Positions 16,973 through 25,859 of a stretch of DNA of 32,641 nt are shown in pieces. The notes below the pieces were generated by a model, which saw nothing but the letters and a program-made list of their open reading frames with translations, was not told where the DNA came from and searched no databases. The position numbers and the translations under genes were made by a program. The stretch comes from an uncultured Gammaproteobacteria bacterium (GTDB lineage Bacteria > Patescibacteriota > Patescibacteriia > CAZCGY01), in NCBI GenBank assembly GCA_964498355.1, contig CAZCGY010000003.1:1529-34169 (forward strand), in the 5' to 3' direction. Within the stretch, counting starts at the first letter, position 1. Each line of letters begins with the position of its first letter.

Positions 16973-18877
16973 ATGCTTCATGCTGTGATGTACGCTGATG
17001 TCATTCCTCTCCAACGCTTGCCGCGCTCTCTTCCTGCCTTTACGTACAGCATTCCCGAATCGCTCGATACGGCGTCGTTGGCCGTTGGCTGCTGGGTCCG
17101 TATTCCTTTTCGCGGTCAACTGCTTGACGGAGTTGTTTTGCGCAAACGAAAAGTTCCTCCAGGAGCTTTCACGAGGATTCTCCCGATCCGTGAGCTGCTG
17201 GAAATTCCACCGCTTACCCCAAGCCAGCTCCGCATCGCAGGTGAGCTTGCTCGTACAAACGCGGTTGCAATTTCGACGGCGGTTCGAACAATGCTGCCTA
17301 GTCGTCCGCGACGGTCCACGGACCAAACAAGTTCTCCCCCCACTCCCCTCTCGCAACGTGTCACCGGTTTGAGCTTGAGCAAAACACGCCTGCAGCTTCT
17401 CCAGCGAAGGGCAAAAAATATGCCCGGTGCAAGCTGCGTCTTCATCCCGGCGGGAGCGCCGGCCGAACGAATAGTCTGGTTGCTCACCCTCCTTTCGAGG
17501 ATACGGGACAAACAACAGCTCGTCGTGGTTCCCACCAGGGCAGCTTTTCACCTGTTGCAGCCGCTTCTGGTTCACCACTTTCCGCACAGGGTCATTGCGC
17601 TCGATAGCGACGCTCCAAAAGCCCAGTTCTGGGCACATTGGCAGCGTGTTCGTGAGGAACGCGCAGCAGTCATTCTGACGACGAAACGCGGAATTTTTGC
17701 TCCCTTTCGCGCCCTGGCGACGGTCTATATTGATTCGGTGACCGACGACAGCCACAAACAGTGGGATCAGGATCCCCGCTATGACGCGCGGGCGGTTGCC
17801 CGGACCCTCGCGGAGCAGTTCGGGGCGCAACTCGTTTTGCTTGATGCTGCTCCGTCGCTGGCGATCCACGATGACCGACGGATTGCCACAGTTTCGTTTC
17901 CACACTTCGCACAAAAAAGATGCGTTGTTGACATGCGCCGCGCCGCGCGTTCCACAGGACCACTAAGTGGTGAAGCGCAAGCGTTTCTTCAGAAAAAGAG
18001 CTTTCCCATGCTCGTGTTTTTCAACCGCGTCGGGTACGCTCGCGTCACTGAATGTGCGGAATGCAGGTGGCATTTTGCGTGTTTTTCGTGCGGCACACAT
18101 CTCGTTTACTATGCAGGCACACAGGCATATGAGTGTTCCCGCTGCCGGACGAAGGCTGTACTTCCTTCACGTTGTCCTCGTTGCGGAAGCACAAGACTGC
18201 GGCCGCGTTCATGGGGACTAGAGCGTCTTGAAGAGATCGTGCGGTCGGCTCTGCCTCATTCCCGCGTTCTGCGCTATGACCGGACTACTCGTGCATCGTC
18301 ACTTGTCGACGCGGACGTTGTCATCGCGACCGAACAATTGCTGACCAGTTCGCGTTTGCCGAACTTTCAAAGCATTCTTATACCATCGCTCGATAACATG
18401 CTGCAACCGCACGAATATGCAGCGGCAGAACGCGCCTACCTCATTCTGGAGCGATCCATGGCGCTTGGTGCGGAGCACAGCACTGTCCTTCTTCAAACCT
18501 ATGATCCGGAGCAGATGGTGGTGCGAGCGATCGTCCAGCACGAACCAGAGCTTCTGTATGGTGAGGAGCGAAAACTCCGAAAGACGCTCCTTCTCCCCCC
18601 AAAAGCTACGCTCATAAAATTATTACTTCGCTCAACCACTCCTCAGACTGCTGAGCGCAAAGCTCGCTTGCTCACACAGCACTTGCAGAAAAGCCTAGGG
18701 AGGTTTGTCCGTCTCGAAGGCCCTTTCGTTCCGCGTACCATGCCAACTGCCACGAACCGCAGGATTCTTCTTCTTCGCTTGTTGGGACATGATATCCCTG
18801 CTACACTGCAACGTGAACTGAGCGAGCTCTCACATGAGTGGCATGTTGACCCCGATCCCCTGACCTTGGACATATGA
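16973..18877 (+). CDS. priA: Primosomal protein N' (PriA) homolog with degenerate ATPase motifs
   Basis: ADVIPLQRLPRSLPAFTYSIP N-terminus and the four-CxxC region (CAECRWHFACFSCG...CSRC...CPRCGS) are PriA-specific. The Walker A position reads PAGAPAER. Start at 16973 or 16988; the track GTG at 16949 is an alternative. Confidence 0.8.
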   Translation: MLHAVMYADVIPLQRLPRSLPAFTYSIPESLDTASLAVGCWVRIPFRGQLLDGVVLRKRKVPPGAFTRILPIRELLEIPPLTPSQLRIAGELARTNAVAISTAVRTMLPSRPRRSTDQTSSPPTPLSQRVTGLSLSKTRLQLLQRRAKNMPGASCVFIPAGAPAERIVWLLTLLSRIRDKQQLVVVPTRAAFHLLQPLLVHHFPHRVIALDSDAPKAQFWAHWQRVREERAAVILTTKRGIFAPFRALATVYIDSVTDDSHKQWDQDPRYDARAVARTLAEQFGAQLVLLDAAPSLAIHDDRRIATVSFPHFAQKRCVVDMRRAARSTGPLSGEAQAFLQKKSFPMLVFFNRVGYARVTECAECRWHFACFSCGTHLVYYAGTQAYECSRCRTKAVLPSRCPRCGSTRLRPRSWGLERLEEIVRSALPHSRVLRYDRTTRASSLVDADVVIATEQLLTSSRLPNFQSILIPSLDNMLQPHEYAAAERAYLILERSMALGAEHSTVLLQTYDPEQMVVRAIVQHEPELLYGEERKLRKTLLLPPKATLIKLLLRSTTPQTAERKARLLTQHLQKSLGRFVRLEGPFVPRTMPTATNRRILLLRLLGHDIPATLQRELSELSHEWHVDPDPLTLDI

Positions 18878-19371
18878 AGCGCAGACCTGTTCTCCATCTC
18901 CCCGACCCGGACCTTCGGAGAGTCGCGGAGACAATCTCTCCTTTCAAACGATCCGAACTGGAGCCGCTTTTTGAAGAGATGGTTGCCACGATGCGACAGT
19001 TGCGAGGGATCGGTCTTGCGGCGACGCAGATTGGGCTGCACCAGCGTGTCGCCGTTATTGAACTGAAGGATGGCCCGATCATCCTTATCAACCCGGTGAT
19101 GAAAAAACTCTCTCGGAAACAGGAAATTGACGAAGAAGGATGCCTCTCGGTCCCAGGTATTTTTGGGTTGGTCCCCCGCTCGTTTTCATTGACGCTCGTG
19201 GCATACGATATGGATGGGAAAAAATTCACGAGCGATGCACATGGTTTGTTCGCGCGGGTCATCCAACATGAGGTTGATCATTTGAACGGCAAGGTGTTCG
19301 TTGACCGGTGCACGAAGCTCACTGCCGGCCACGATCGCGCGCAGTCGCTCGGTATAACCATACCTGCGTGA
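18874..19371 (+). CDS. def: Peptide deformylase
   Basis: 165 aa with GIGLAATQ, EGCLSVPG and HEVDHLNG. ATGA overlap with priA. Confidence 0.95.
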   Translation: MKRRPVLHLPDPDLRRVAETISPFKRSELEPLFEEMVATMRQLRGIGLAATQIGLHQRVAVIELKDGPIILINPVMKKLSRKQEIDEEGCLSVPGIFGLVPRSFSLTLVAYDMDGKKFTSDAHGLFARVIQHEVDHLNGKVFVDRCTKLTAGHDRAQSLGITIPA

Positions 19372-19400
19372 AAGCGGACAGTACCCACACAGGAACGAAG

Positions 19401-20345
19401 GTGCTTTTTTTCGGGACACCGCAGTTCAGCGTGCCGACCCTTACTGCTCTTGCGCATGATGGGTATCAGCTGCGAGTTATCACGCGTGAAGACAAACCGG
19501 CCGGAAGAGGTCTTGCCCTGACCCCGCCGCCGGTCAAAGCAGCGGCGCAGCGCCTCGGAATTCCATTCGAACAACCAGGGCGACTCGACAGCGCATTTCT
19601 CCAGCGGGTCGCGGCATGGCGTCCAGACCTGGCGGTTCTTGCGGCATACGGGAAGCTGATCAAACCGGATCTCCTTGCCCTACCGTTGCATGGATTTGTG
19701 AATGTGCATCCCTCGCTTCTCCCCCGCCACCGCGGCGCGTCTCCGGTGGCCGCAACGATATCCTCGGGTGACACGGAGACGGGCGTAACATTGATGTGTC
19801 TTGATGAGGGGCTTGACACCGGGCCGATTCTGGCCCAGGAAAAAGTTCCGCTGAGGGGGGATGAAACGTGCGGTGGACTCACGGCACGTCTTGCGTCCCT
19901 CGGCGCGCGGCTTCTTGTTCAGACGCTTCCGGCGTTTCTTCGAGGGGACATCCAGCCAGTCCCCCAAAACGCCGGGCAAGCGACAATGACGCGTCTGCTC
20001 ACAAAAGACTCCGGAAAAATTGACTGGTCCAGACCCGCCGTCGAAATTGAGAGGATGATCCGCGCGTATGACCCGTGGCCGTCGGCCTGGACAGTCATGA
20101 AAAAGAAAAGAGTGAGAATTCTCAACGCATCTGTCGACGGCGTCTCACAAAGTGAGAAAGGGACCATCGTAGCACATGGCCGTTCCCTTGGGGTCGTTTG
20201 CGGAGACGGCGTCGTGTTGCTGCTAGAGAAAGTTCATCCTGAAGGCGGAAAACCGCTCTCGGCTGAGTCGTTCGCAGCCGGCTTTCATGCGCTTGTTGGT
20301 CAACAAATACAAAATTCTGGGCATAAAGAGTTATCCCGAAGCTGA
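19401..20345 (+). CDS. fmt: Methionyl-tRNA formyltransferase
   Basis: VLFFGTPQFSVPTL, HGFVNVHPSLLPRHRGASPV and a C-terminal beta-barrel domain. GTG 19401 follows AGGAA. GTG 19368 (GTGA overlap with def) is an alternative; the track start at 19308 lies inside def. Confidence 0.9.
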   Translation: MLFFGTPQFSVPTLTALAHDGYQLRVITREDKPAGRGLALTPPPVKAAAQRLGIPFEQPGRLDSAFLQRVAAWRPDLAVLAAYGKLIKPDLLALPLHGFVNVHPSLLPRHRGASPVAATISSGDTETGVTLMCLDEGLDTGPILAQEKVPLRGDETCGGLTARLASLGARLLVQTLPAFLRGDIQPVPQNAGQATMTRLLTKDSGKIDWSRPAVEIERMIRAYDPWPSAWTVMKKKRVRILNASVDGVSQSEKGTIVAHGRSLGVVCGDGVVLLLEKVHPEGGKPLSAESFAAGFHALVGQQIQNSGHKELSRS

Positions 20346-20369
20346 GGACAGCAAGGGTTGGCGCGGAGT

Positions 20370-21893
20370 CTAGCGGTGTTTTTCTGTTACCGAAAACCCG
20401 AGATACTTCCCCAACATGAGGCGCGTCTGCGCGTCTGTGGCCGGAATGGACCCAAAAACAATCATCACCACCGGGAAGAGAATCCACTGCAATATAATCA
20501 TCAACCACTGAGATTTCCTTTTCTCCCTCGGCTTTGGAGGGAGGATGGTCGTTGAGAGAACTGCTGAAAAAATCAGGCCAACCATTGCAAGTCGCATGAG
20601 CAGTTCCAGAATGCTGGGCGCGTTCTGCGCTACGATTGACGAGCCGAGACGATGCTCATTGATCCGCAGGGGCAGCCACCCGAGAAGAAAGATGAGAATC
20701 GGTGCCGTCGCCCACGAGTAGATCCCCTCAAGCTGATTCCACACGTACCTGAGCTTGACCCGAAAGGGTATCAGCCTATTCTGGGTAAAGTTCCAAACCA
20801 TATACGGGAAATTTTCTACGCCGTATGCCCACCGACGCTGCTGCTTGTAGAGGTTGATGAAACTCCGTTTCAGTGTCTTGGCCAGGACGGTATCCATCGA
20901 GACCGGAAGGTACATGGGCGTCACCGAATAGTCACCATCATACCGCAGGAGGCCTTGAAGGAAGATGCGTGAATCCTCCGTGACAATATCGTTTTGCCAA
21001 AAATCGACGTCGACAAGCGTACGAAAACTCATGCTATGGGATGAGAAGGTAAAAAGCCGTTCCGGACGCACCTGCTCAGTCATGAGCCAAAACGTCGTGC
21101 TGTTCGCCGCGACCCTCATGATTGCGGGTGAACGCCAGATGTTGTTGTTGAACAGCGGTACCGGCTGGTAGCTTGTGCGCGTCGGGTTCGGCGACGTAAG
21201 GAAAAGATATGAAAGATATGCAAAGTATTGGGGGTGCGGCTGTGTGTCGACGTCAAACGAAGAGACGAGAATGTCCTCATAAGGAATTTTCAAAACGTTG
21301 TCAACGTGCTCTTTCGCCTTGCGGCCGGCCCAGGCGATGTTCGATCCTTTGCCCTTCACCTCGCCAACGATGCCATCTGGATGTTCGGTCACGAGAAAAT
21401 CTGCGAAGCTCCCTTGAAATTCCCGACGGACCTGTTCGCCGAGCCGGCGGGACGCCGGTGCAAGTCGGTCCTCTGTTCCGAGCACGATGATGAGGCGGTT
21501 GTTCGGATATGCTGCGTCTCTCAGTGAATGGAGCGTTGAACGAAGAATGTCGATTGACTCGCCCGCGGTGGGTAAAAAGATCATATGGTACAAACGTTCC
21601 CAATCGCGGAACTCGTTGAGTCGCGCACGCCAGTCGATTTTGATGGTTCTCCGATATCGCCGATAAGCAATGAGAAGATACACCAGCAGATACAGAATGC
21701 GTATCAACCAGTAAAGGTCGAAAAGAATGATGAACACAATGGTCCAGAGCGGCTTGAAAAATGACAACCCGATCGCGATGAAGAACGTCAACCAAACCAA
21801 AGCCCCGGGCAATACCTCAAGCAGCCGGTAGATATGTTGAGCCGGAATTCGCCGTGCTTTTTTCTTCGCGGCGTTGGTGAAGCGTCGCAGCAT
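20370..21893 (-). CDS. Membrane-embedded family-2 glycosyltransferase of the processive synthase type
   Basis: 507 aa: 2 N-terminal and several C-terminal TM segments around a GT2 core with FDVDT (DxD), VTEDSR (TED) and QQRRW (QxxRW). Confidence 0.8.
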   Translation of the reverse strand: MLRRFTNAAKKKARRIPAQHIYRLLEVLPGALVWLTFFIAIGLSFFKPLWTIVFIILFDLYWLIRILYLLVYLLIAYRRYRRTIKIDWRARLNEFRDWERLYHMIFLPTAGESIDILRSTLHSLRDAAYPNNRLIIVLGTEDRLAPASRRLGEQVRREFQGSFADFLVTEHPDGIVGEVKGKGSNIAWAGRKAKEHVDNVLKIPYEDILVSSFDVDTQPHPQYFAYLSYLFLTSPNPTRTSYQPVPLFNNNIWRSPAIMRVAANSTTFWLMTEQVRPERLFTFSSHSMSFRTLVDVDFWQNDIVTEDSRIFLQGLLRYDGDYSVTPMYLPVSMDTVLAKTLKRSFINLYKQQRRWAYGVENFPYMVWNFTQNRLIPFRVKLRYVWNQLEGIYSWATAPILIFLLGWLPLRINEHRLGSSIVAQNAPSILELLMRLAMVGLIFSAVLSTTILPPKPREKRKSQWLMIILQWILFPVVMIVFGSIPATDAQTRLMLGKYLGFSVTEKHR

Positions 21894-21978
21894 ACGAGGG
21901 GAAAAAAAGTCTCACAAAACAGACACTAAACAAACCACTCGTCCTAGGTTTTGTTTTCCGCAAGAAAAACTGAAGAGG

Positions 21979-22140
21979 CTAGAAAATCTTCATGCCCTCG
22001 TTCTTCTTTGAAATGAGAGCGATGCCGAAGGCGATGAGCAAAAGCGGCCAAATGATTTGCCAAAACGTGTCGGTCAGAATGCCTACTTCACGGAGCAGGA
22101 ATCCAAGACCAAACGCTATCAACGCATACCCAATCATCAT
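21979..22140 (-). CDS. Small two-TM membrane protein (53 aa), below the ORF-track length cut-off
   Basis: Read by hand: MMIGYALIAFGLGFLLREVGILTDTFWQIIWPLLLIAFGIALISKKNEGMKIF*. GGGGGTG SD lies about 7 nt upstream, 27 nt downstream of the clpB stop. Confidence 0.5.
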   Translation of the reverse strand: MMIGYALIAFGLGFLLREVGILTDTFWQIIWPLLLIAFGIALISKKNEGMKIF

Positions 22141-22167
22141 CTGTTTTTCACCCCCTTTCGAGTCTGT

Positions 22168-24795
22168 TTATGATGTTGCTTGTATTGTAATGGATCCACG
22201 CCTGGCGTCAACCATGACCTTTTTGCCTGCCGGTAAACGTCCGCCAACAATCATCAGTGCGATGGCGTTGAGGAGTTGATTCTGCAGCAGCCGTTTTAAA
22301 GGACGTGCGCCATACTGTGGGTCATATCCTTGCTTTGCAAGAAGCTCTATTGCGGTATCTGAGACGTTCAGAAGAAGTTTTTTTTCGCGCTCAAGTCGTT
22401 CGGTAATCCGCGCTATCTGCAGCCGGACAATTGTACGCAGTTGCTGCAACGTCAAGGACTGGAACATGATAACGTCATCAACACGGTTGAGAAATTCCGG
22501 CTTGAAGGCACTTCGCAATTGTTGGAGCACCCTCTCCTCGACTTGGTGCTCTTTCGACTTCGCTGCTCGCGAGCCCTCAAATCCGATCGACCCTCCTGTC
22601 GTATGCATCTCCAAGATGAGATCGCTTGCAATATTTGAGGTCATGACAACGATGGTGTTCGCAAAGTTGATTGTCCTTCCTTTCGCGTCGGTAAGACGAC
22701 CGTCATCAAGTATTTGCAGCAAAATGTTCAGGACTTCAGGGTGGGCCTTTTCAACCTCATCAAAGAGCATCACTGCATACGGCCGACGGCGGACTCGCTC
22801 GGTAAGCTGACCGCCCTCCTCGTACCCAACATACCCGGGTGGCGAGCCGATCATGCGGGCCACGGCGTGGCGCTCCATGTACTCCGACATATCAAGTCGG
22901 ATCATTGCATTCTCGTCGTTAAACAATGTCCATGCAAGAGCCCTGGCAAGTTCTGTTTTTCCGACGCCGGTCGGGCCAAGGAAGATAAAAGACCCGATCG
23001 GGCGATGAGGCTCGCCGATACCCGCTCGTGAGCGTCGAAGGGCGTTGGCGACAGCGACGACTGCTTTTTCCTGGCCGACAACGCGCTTTCCCAACTCTTG
23101 TTCGAGCCGGGCAAGCCGCTCGCCTTCTCCTTCAAGCAGTCGGCCGACGGGAATTCCGGTCCACCGTGCAACAACCTGTGCAATGTCCTCTTCGGTCACT
23201 TCCTCTTTGAGGATTCTCTTCTCTGCACCGATTTTCTGCAGCGTTTTCTCATTCTTCGCGATGATTTTTTCAAGTTCAGGGATGGCGCCGTAGCGGATTT
23301 CGGCGACCCGTTCAAGATTCCCCTTCCGCTCTTCCTGCTCGGCCTCGCCGCGCAGACGCTCTATGTCAGAACGCGCAGTTCTGAGTTTGGTGATGTGTTC
23401 CTTTTCGTTCTGCCATCGAAGCTCAAACGCACGGGACCGCTCTTTGAGATTTGCCAGCTCAGACTCGATTTTCTCAAGCCGTCCGCGTGAGACGTTATCA
23501 TGCTCTTTTTTCAATGCCTCACGCTCAATCTCGAGCTGGATGATTCGCCGGCGCATCGTGTCAAGCTCCTCCGGTCTGCTGTCAATTTCCATTCTCAGAG
23601 AACTCGTTGCCTCGTCGACGCAATCAATCGCCTTGTCAGGGAGAAAACGGTCGGTGATGTAACGCTGTGAAAGCTCGGTCGCAGCAACAAGTGCCGCATC
23701 GGTAATGTGCACTCCGTGGAAGACCTCATACTTTTCCTTAATACCTCGAAGGATTGCGATGGTATCTTCTTCAGTCGGCTCTTCAACCATGAGCGGCTGA
23801 AAACGACGTTCAAGTGCCGCATCCTTTTCGATATATTTCTGGTACTCTTTCAGTGTCGTTGCGCCGATTGCGTGCAACTCGCCCCGAGCGAGCGCCGGTT
23901 TCAACATGTTTGATGCATCGAGACTACCCTCGCCCGCGCCGGCCCCAACGATTGTATGGAGTTCGTCGAGGAAAAGAATGATTTTCCCGGCGGATGAAGC
24001 GACTTCGCGAAGAACGGCCTTGAGGCGATCTTCGAACTCACCCCTGAACTTTGCCCCTGCGAGCAGCGCACCCATGTCAAGCGCAATGATTTCTTTGTCG
24101 CGAAGGCTTTCTTGCACATCACCCGCAACGATGCGCTGCGCCAAACCCTCGACGATGGCTGTCTTGCCAACGCCCGGTTCGCCAAGTAGCACGGGGTTGT
24201 TCTTCGTACGGCGGGAGAGGATGTGCATAACCCTGCGAATTTCTGCATCGCGACCGATCACGGGGTCGAGCTTTTCTTCTCGTGCCTTTTTTGTGACATT
24301 GACTGCATATTTCTCAAGCGCCTGGTACTTGCTTTCTGCATCAGGATCACTGCTGTGTTGAGTTCCTCGAACATCTTTGAGTGCAGCAAACATGGCTTCG
24401 GTTGTCACACCTTCCTTGCGCAAAATCTCTCGTGCCCGAGATGGAACATTGATGAGAGCGAGCAAGAAATGTTCGGTGCTGACGTAGTCATCACCGAGTT
24501 CAGTTGCCTGCCTTTGCGCGCGGTCAAGCACGTGTTTCAGTTCGTCAGAAAGGAGAAGCTGAAGCATGCCGCCGCTCGTTGATGTTGGCAACATCTTGAG
24601 CCCCTCACGGACCTGTCGAACGATCACATCGGGCTGAATGCCGATCTTCTTGAGGATCGTTGGGACGATACCGTCACCTTGCGACAACAATGCCCCAAGG
24701 AGATGAAGGACGTCAAGAACATTATGTGCATGCTCTGCCGCGCTTCGCTGTGCTCCGGCGAGTGCCTCCTGGGCCTTAATCGTAAAGTTGTTCAT
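22168..24795 (-). CDS. clpB: AAA+ disaggregase ClpB
   Basis: 875 aa: Clp N domain, two P-loops ([16 protein letters not shown]) and a long middle coiled coil between NBD1 and NBD2. Confidence 0.97.
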   Translation of the reverse strand: MNNFTIKAQEALAGAQRSAAEHAHNVLDVLHLLGALLSQGDGIVPTILKKIGIQPDVIVRQVREGLKMLPTSTSGGMLQLLLSDELKHVLDRAQRQATELGDDYVSTEHFLLALINVPSRAREILRKEGVTTEAMFAALKDVRGTQHSSDPDAESKYQALEKYAVNVTKKAREEKLDPVIGRDAEIRRVMHILSRRTKNNPVLLGEPGVGKTAIVEGLAQRIVAGDVQESLRDKEIIALDMGALLAGAKFRGEFEDRLKAVLREVASSAGKIILFLDELHTIVGAGAGEGSLDASNMLKPALARGELHAIGATTLKEYQKYIEKDAALERRFQPLMVEEPTEEDTIAILRGIKEKYEVFHGVHITDAALVAATELSQRYITDRFLPDKAIDCVDEATSSLRMEIDSRPEELDTMRRRIIQLEIEREALKKEHDNVSRGRLEKIESELANLKERSRAFELRWQNEKEHITKLRTARSDIERLRGEAEQEERKGNLERVAEIRYGAIPELEKIIAKNEKTLQKIGAEKRILKEEVTEEDIAQVVARWTGIPVGRLLEGEGERLARLEQELGKRVVGQEKAVVAVANALRRSRAGIGEPHRPIGSFIFLGPTGVGKTELARALAWTLFNDENAMIRLDMSEYMERHAVARMIGSPPGYVGYEEGGQLTERVRRRPYAVMLFDEVEKAHPEVLNILLQILDDGRLTDAKGRTINFANTIVVMTSNIASDLILEMHTTGGSIGFEGSRAAKSKEHQVEERVLQQLRSAFKPEFLNRVDDVIMFQSLTLQQLRTIVRLQIARITERLEREKKLLLNVSDTAIELLAKQGYDPQYGARPLKRLLQNQLLNAIALMIVGGRLPAGKKVMVDARRGSITIQATS

Positions 24796-24812
24796 GTTGC
24801 CGTGTTACAAGT

Positions 24813-24839
24813 TTAGCACTCTCATATATAGAGTGCTAA
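24813..24839. promoter_or_regulatory. Perfect CIRCE operator (HrcA binding site) TTAGCACTC-N9-GAGTGCTAA
   Basis: Exact 9-N9-9 match to the CIRCE consensus, 17 nt upstream of the clpB ATG and 1 nt downstream of the predicted -10. Confidence 0.9.
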
Positions 24840-24840
24840 A

Positions 24841-24869
24841 ATGGTACCATCGGGTTGGTGTGCTGTCAA
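24841..24869 (-). promoter_or_regulatory. clpB promoter: TTGACA - 17 nt - TACCAT, with TGg extended -10
   Basis: Minus strand reads cTTGACAgcacaccaacccgaTGgTACCATt followed by CIRCE. Canonical -35 and spacing. Confidence 0.65.
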
Positions 24870-24973
24870 GCCACCTGGATTACCCCGAAGCCAAGCATCA
24901 GAGGTTCCGGCGAGGCACGAAGTCCCTGCAGCAAAGGTCTTTCATGCGCCGTCCAGCATGTTGGCAGGCGCCC

Positions 24974-25501
24974 TTATGGCAAGGCGGTCACACGAAAACG
25001 CTCAAGGACAACGTCTCGGTAGCGCCGTTCCGTTTGCGTGCATGACTCATCAATGACTGCGAGATGGGCCTTGCTCTCGCTTATGAGCATTGTCAGTTGC
25101 GCCTCAGCCCGACGATGAAGATCCGAGTCGGCCCACCCTTTCAAAACGGCGAGAAGCTCGGCGGCAATTTGGCAGAAGAGCTCCTCCTGAAAGTATGCTG
25201 CTGCGATTGGGTCACTCGGCTCCGGTCGTACGCACGGGTTGAGATCTTCACCCGGATGACCGCCAAAACGAAGAAGCAGTTGGTGCAGCTGCTGCACATG
25301 GTGGTACACATCGGTGCCGATGACGGTGAGGCGCTCGGACAAGGCGCGTTCTCGCGACGCAAAAAGCATTCTTTCGAGGAACAACGGCATGGTCATGAGC
25401 GTCTCGAGCTTGACCTGATACGCCTGCGTCAGCAGCTCGGCTGCATACAAAAGCTTCCGGATGCTCGTCGATCCAGATTGATGCTTTTCAGGTTTTTCCA
25501 T
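24974..25501 (-). CDS. Hypothetical all-helical protein (175 aa)
   Basis: The minus frame is protein-like with amphipathic helices; the overlapping plus ORF 25064-25786 is R/C-rich junk. ATG 25501 lies 8 nt after GGAGGA; the track start at 25645 is an upstream GTG. Confidence 0.6.
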   Translation of the reverse strand: MEKPEKHQSGSTSIRKLLYAAELLTQAYQVKLETLMTMPLFLERMLFASRERALSERLTVIGTDVYHHVQQLHQLLLRFGGHPGEDLNPCVRPEPSDPIAAAYFQEELFCQIAAELLAVLKGWADSDLHRRAEAQLTMLISESKAHLAVIDESCTQTERRYRDVVLERFRVTALP

Positions 25502-25614
25502 CTGTACGTCCTCCATGTTTCGTACGTGCAGGTGGAGCGTACCGCCGCCCTTGAGCCGGGTCAAGGCATACGAGTAGCTACTTATCCAGAATCTTTCCAC
25601 ATCATGGCCGCCTC

Positions 25615-25803
25615 CTACTTCTTTCTCCGAATCGCCGTGCTCCACCAGGCCAGAAAGACGATTGATGCGACCAAGAGAAACACCCCAAACCAGAAAAGAA
25701 CCGTGTCGCCGCTTGCCGAGGCCCGGCCAGGGAGCGTCGTTGCGTTTTCTGTCTGCTGCGCCGCGAGTACGGATGAGAACACGTGAACACGAAAAGAGTT
25801 CAT
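25615..25803 (-). CDS. 62-aa hypothetical protein: signal-like N-terminus plus C-terminal TM segment and RRKK tail
   Basis: MNSFRVHVFSSVLAAQQTENATTLPGRASASGDTVLFWFGVFLLVASIVFLAWWSTAIRRKK. TATACT box lies 7 nt upstream of the ATG, with no SD. Confidence 0.45.
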   Translation of the reverse strand: MNSFRVHVFSSVLAAQQTENATTLPGRASASGDTVLFWFGVFLLVASIVFLAWWSTAIRRKK

Positions 25804-25810
25804 ATTCTCT

Positions 25811-25816
25811 AGTATA
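25811..25816 (-). promoter_or_regulatory. -10 box TATACT placed 7 nt before the ATG at 25803 (leaderless geometry)
   Basis: Sequence match; lies immediately downstream of the tdk terminator. Confidence 0.35.
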
Positions 25817-25829
25817 CCTCAGAGAGAAG

Positions 25830-25859
25830 AAAAAAGCTCAGAAGTCATGACTACTGAGC
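25830..25859 (-). terminator. Rho-independent terminator of tdk
   Basis: Minus strand: GCTCAG-12 nt-CTGAGC followed by TTTTTT. The stem overlaps the tdk stop codon. Confidence 0.6.

Noticed and set aside
16925-17914. 329-aa antisense ORF opposite priA
   Set aside because: Same reasoning: R-rich low-complexity translation and no motifs, while the sense strand carries recognisable PriA features.
19308-19400. Upstream start for fmt at 19308
   Set aside because: It lies inside def in another frame. The conserved Fmt N-terminal strand (VLFFGTP) begins at the GTG at 19401, which has an AGGAA SD.
25064-25786. 240-aa plus-strand ORF
   Set aside because: The translation is Arg/Cys-rich and non-protein-like, and no SD is present. 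The opposite strand gives two better-supported genes (175 aa with GGAGGA; 62 aa with a -10 box).
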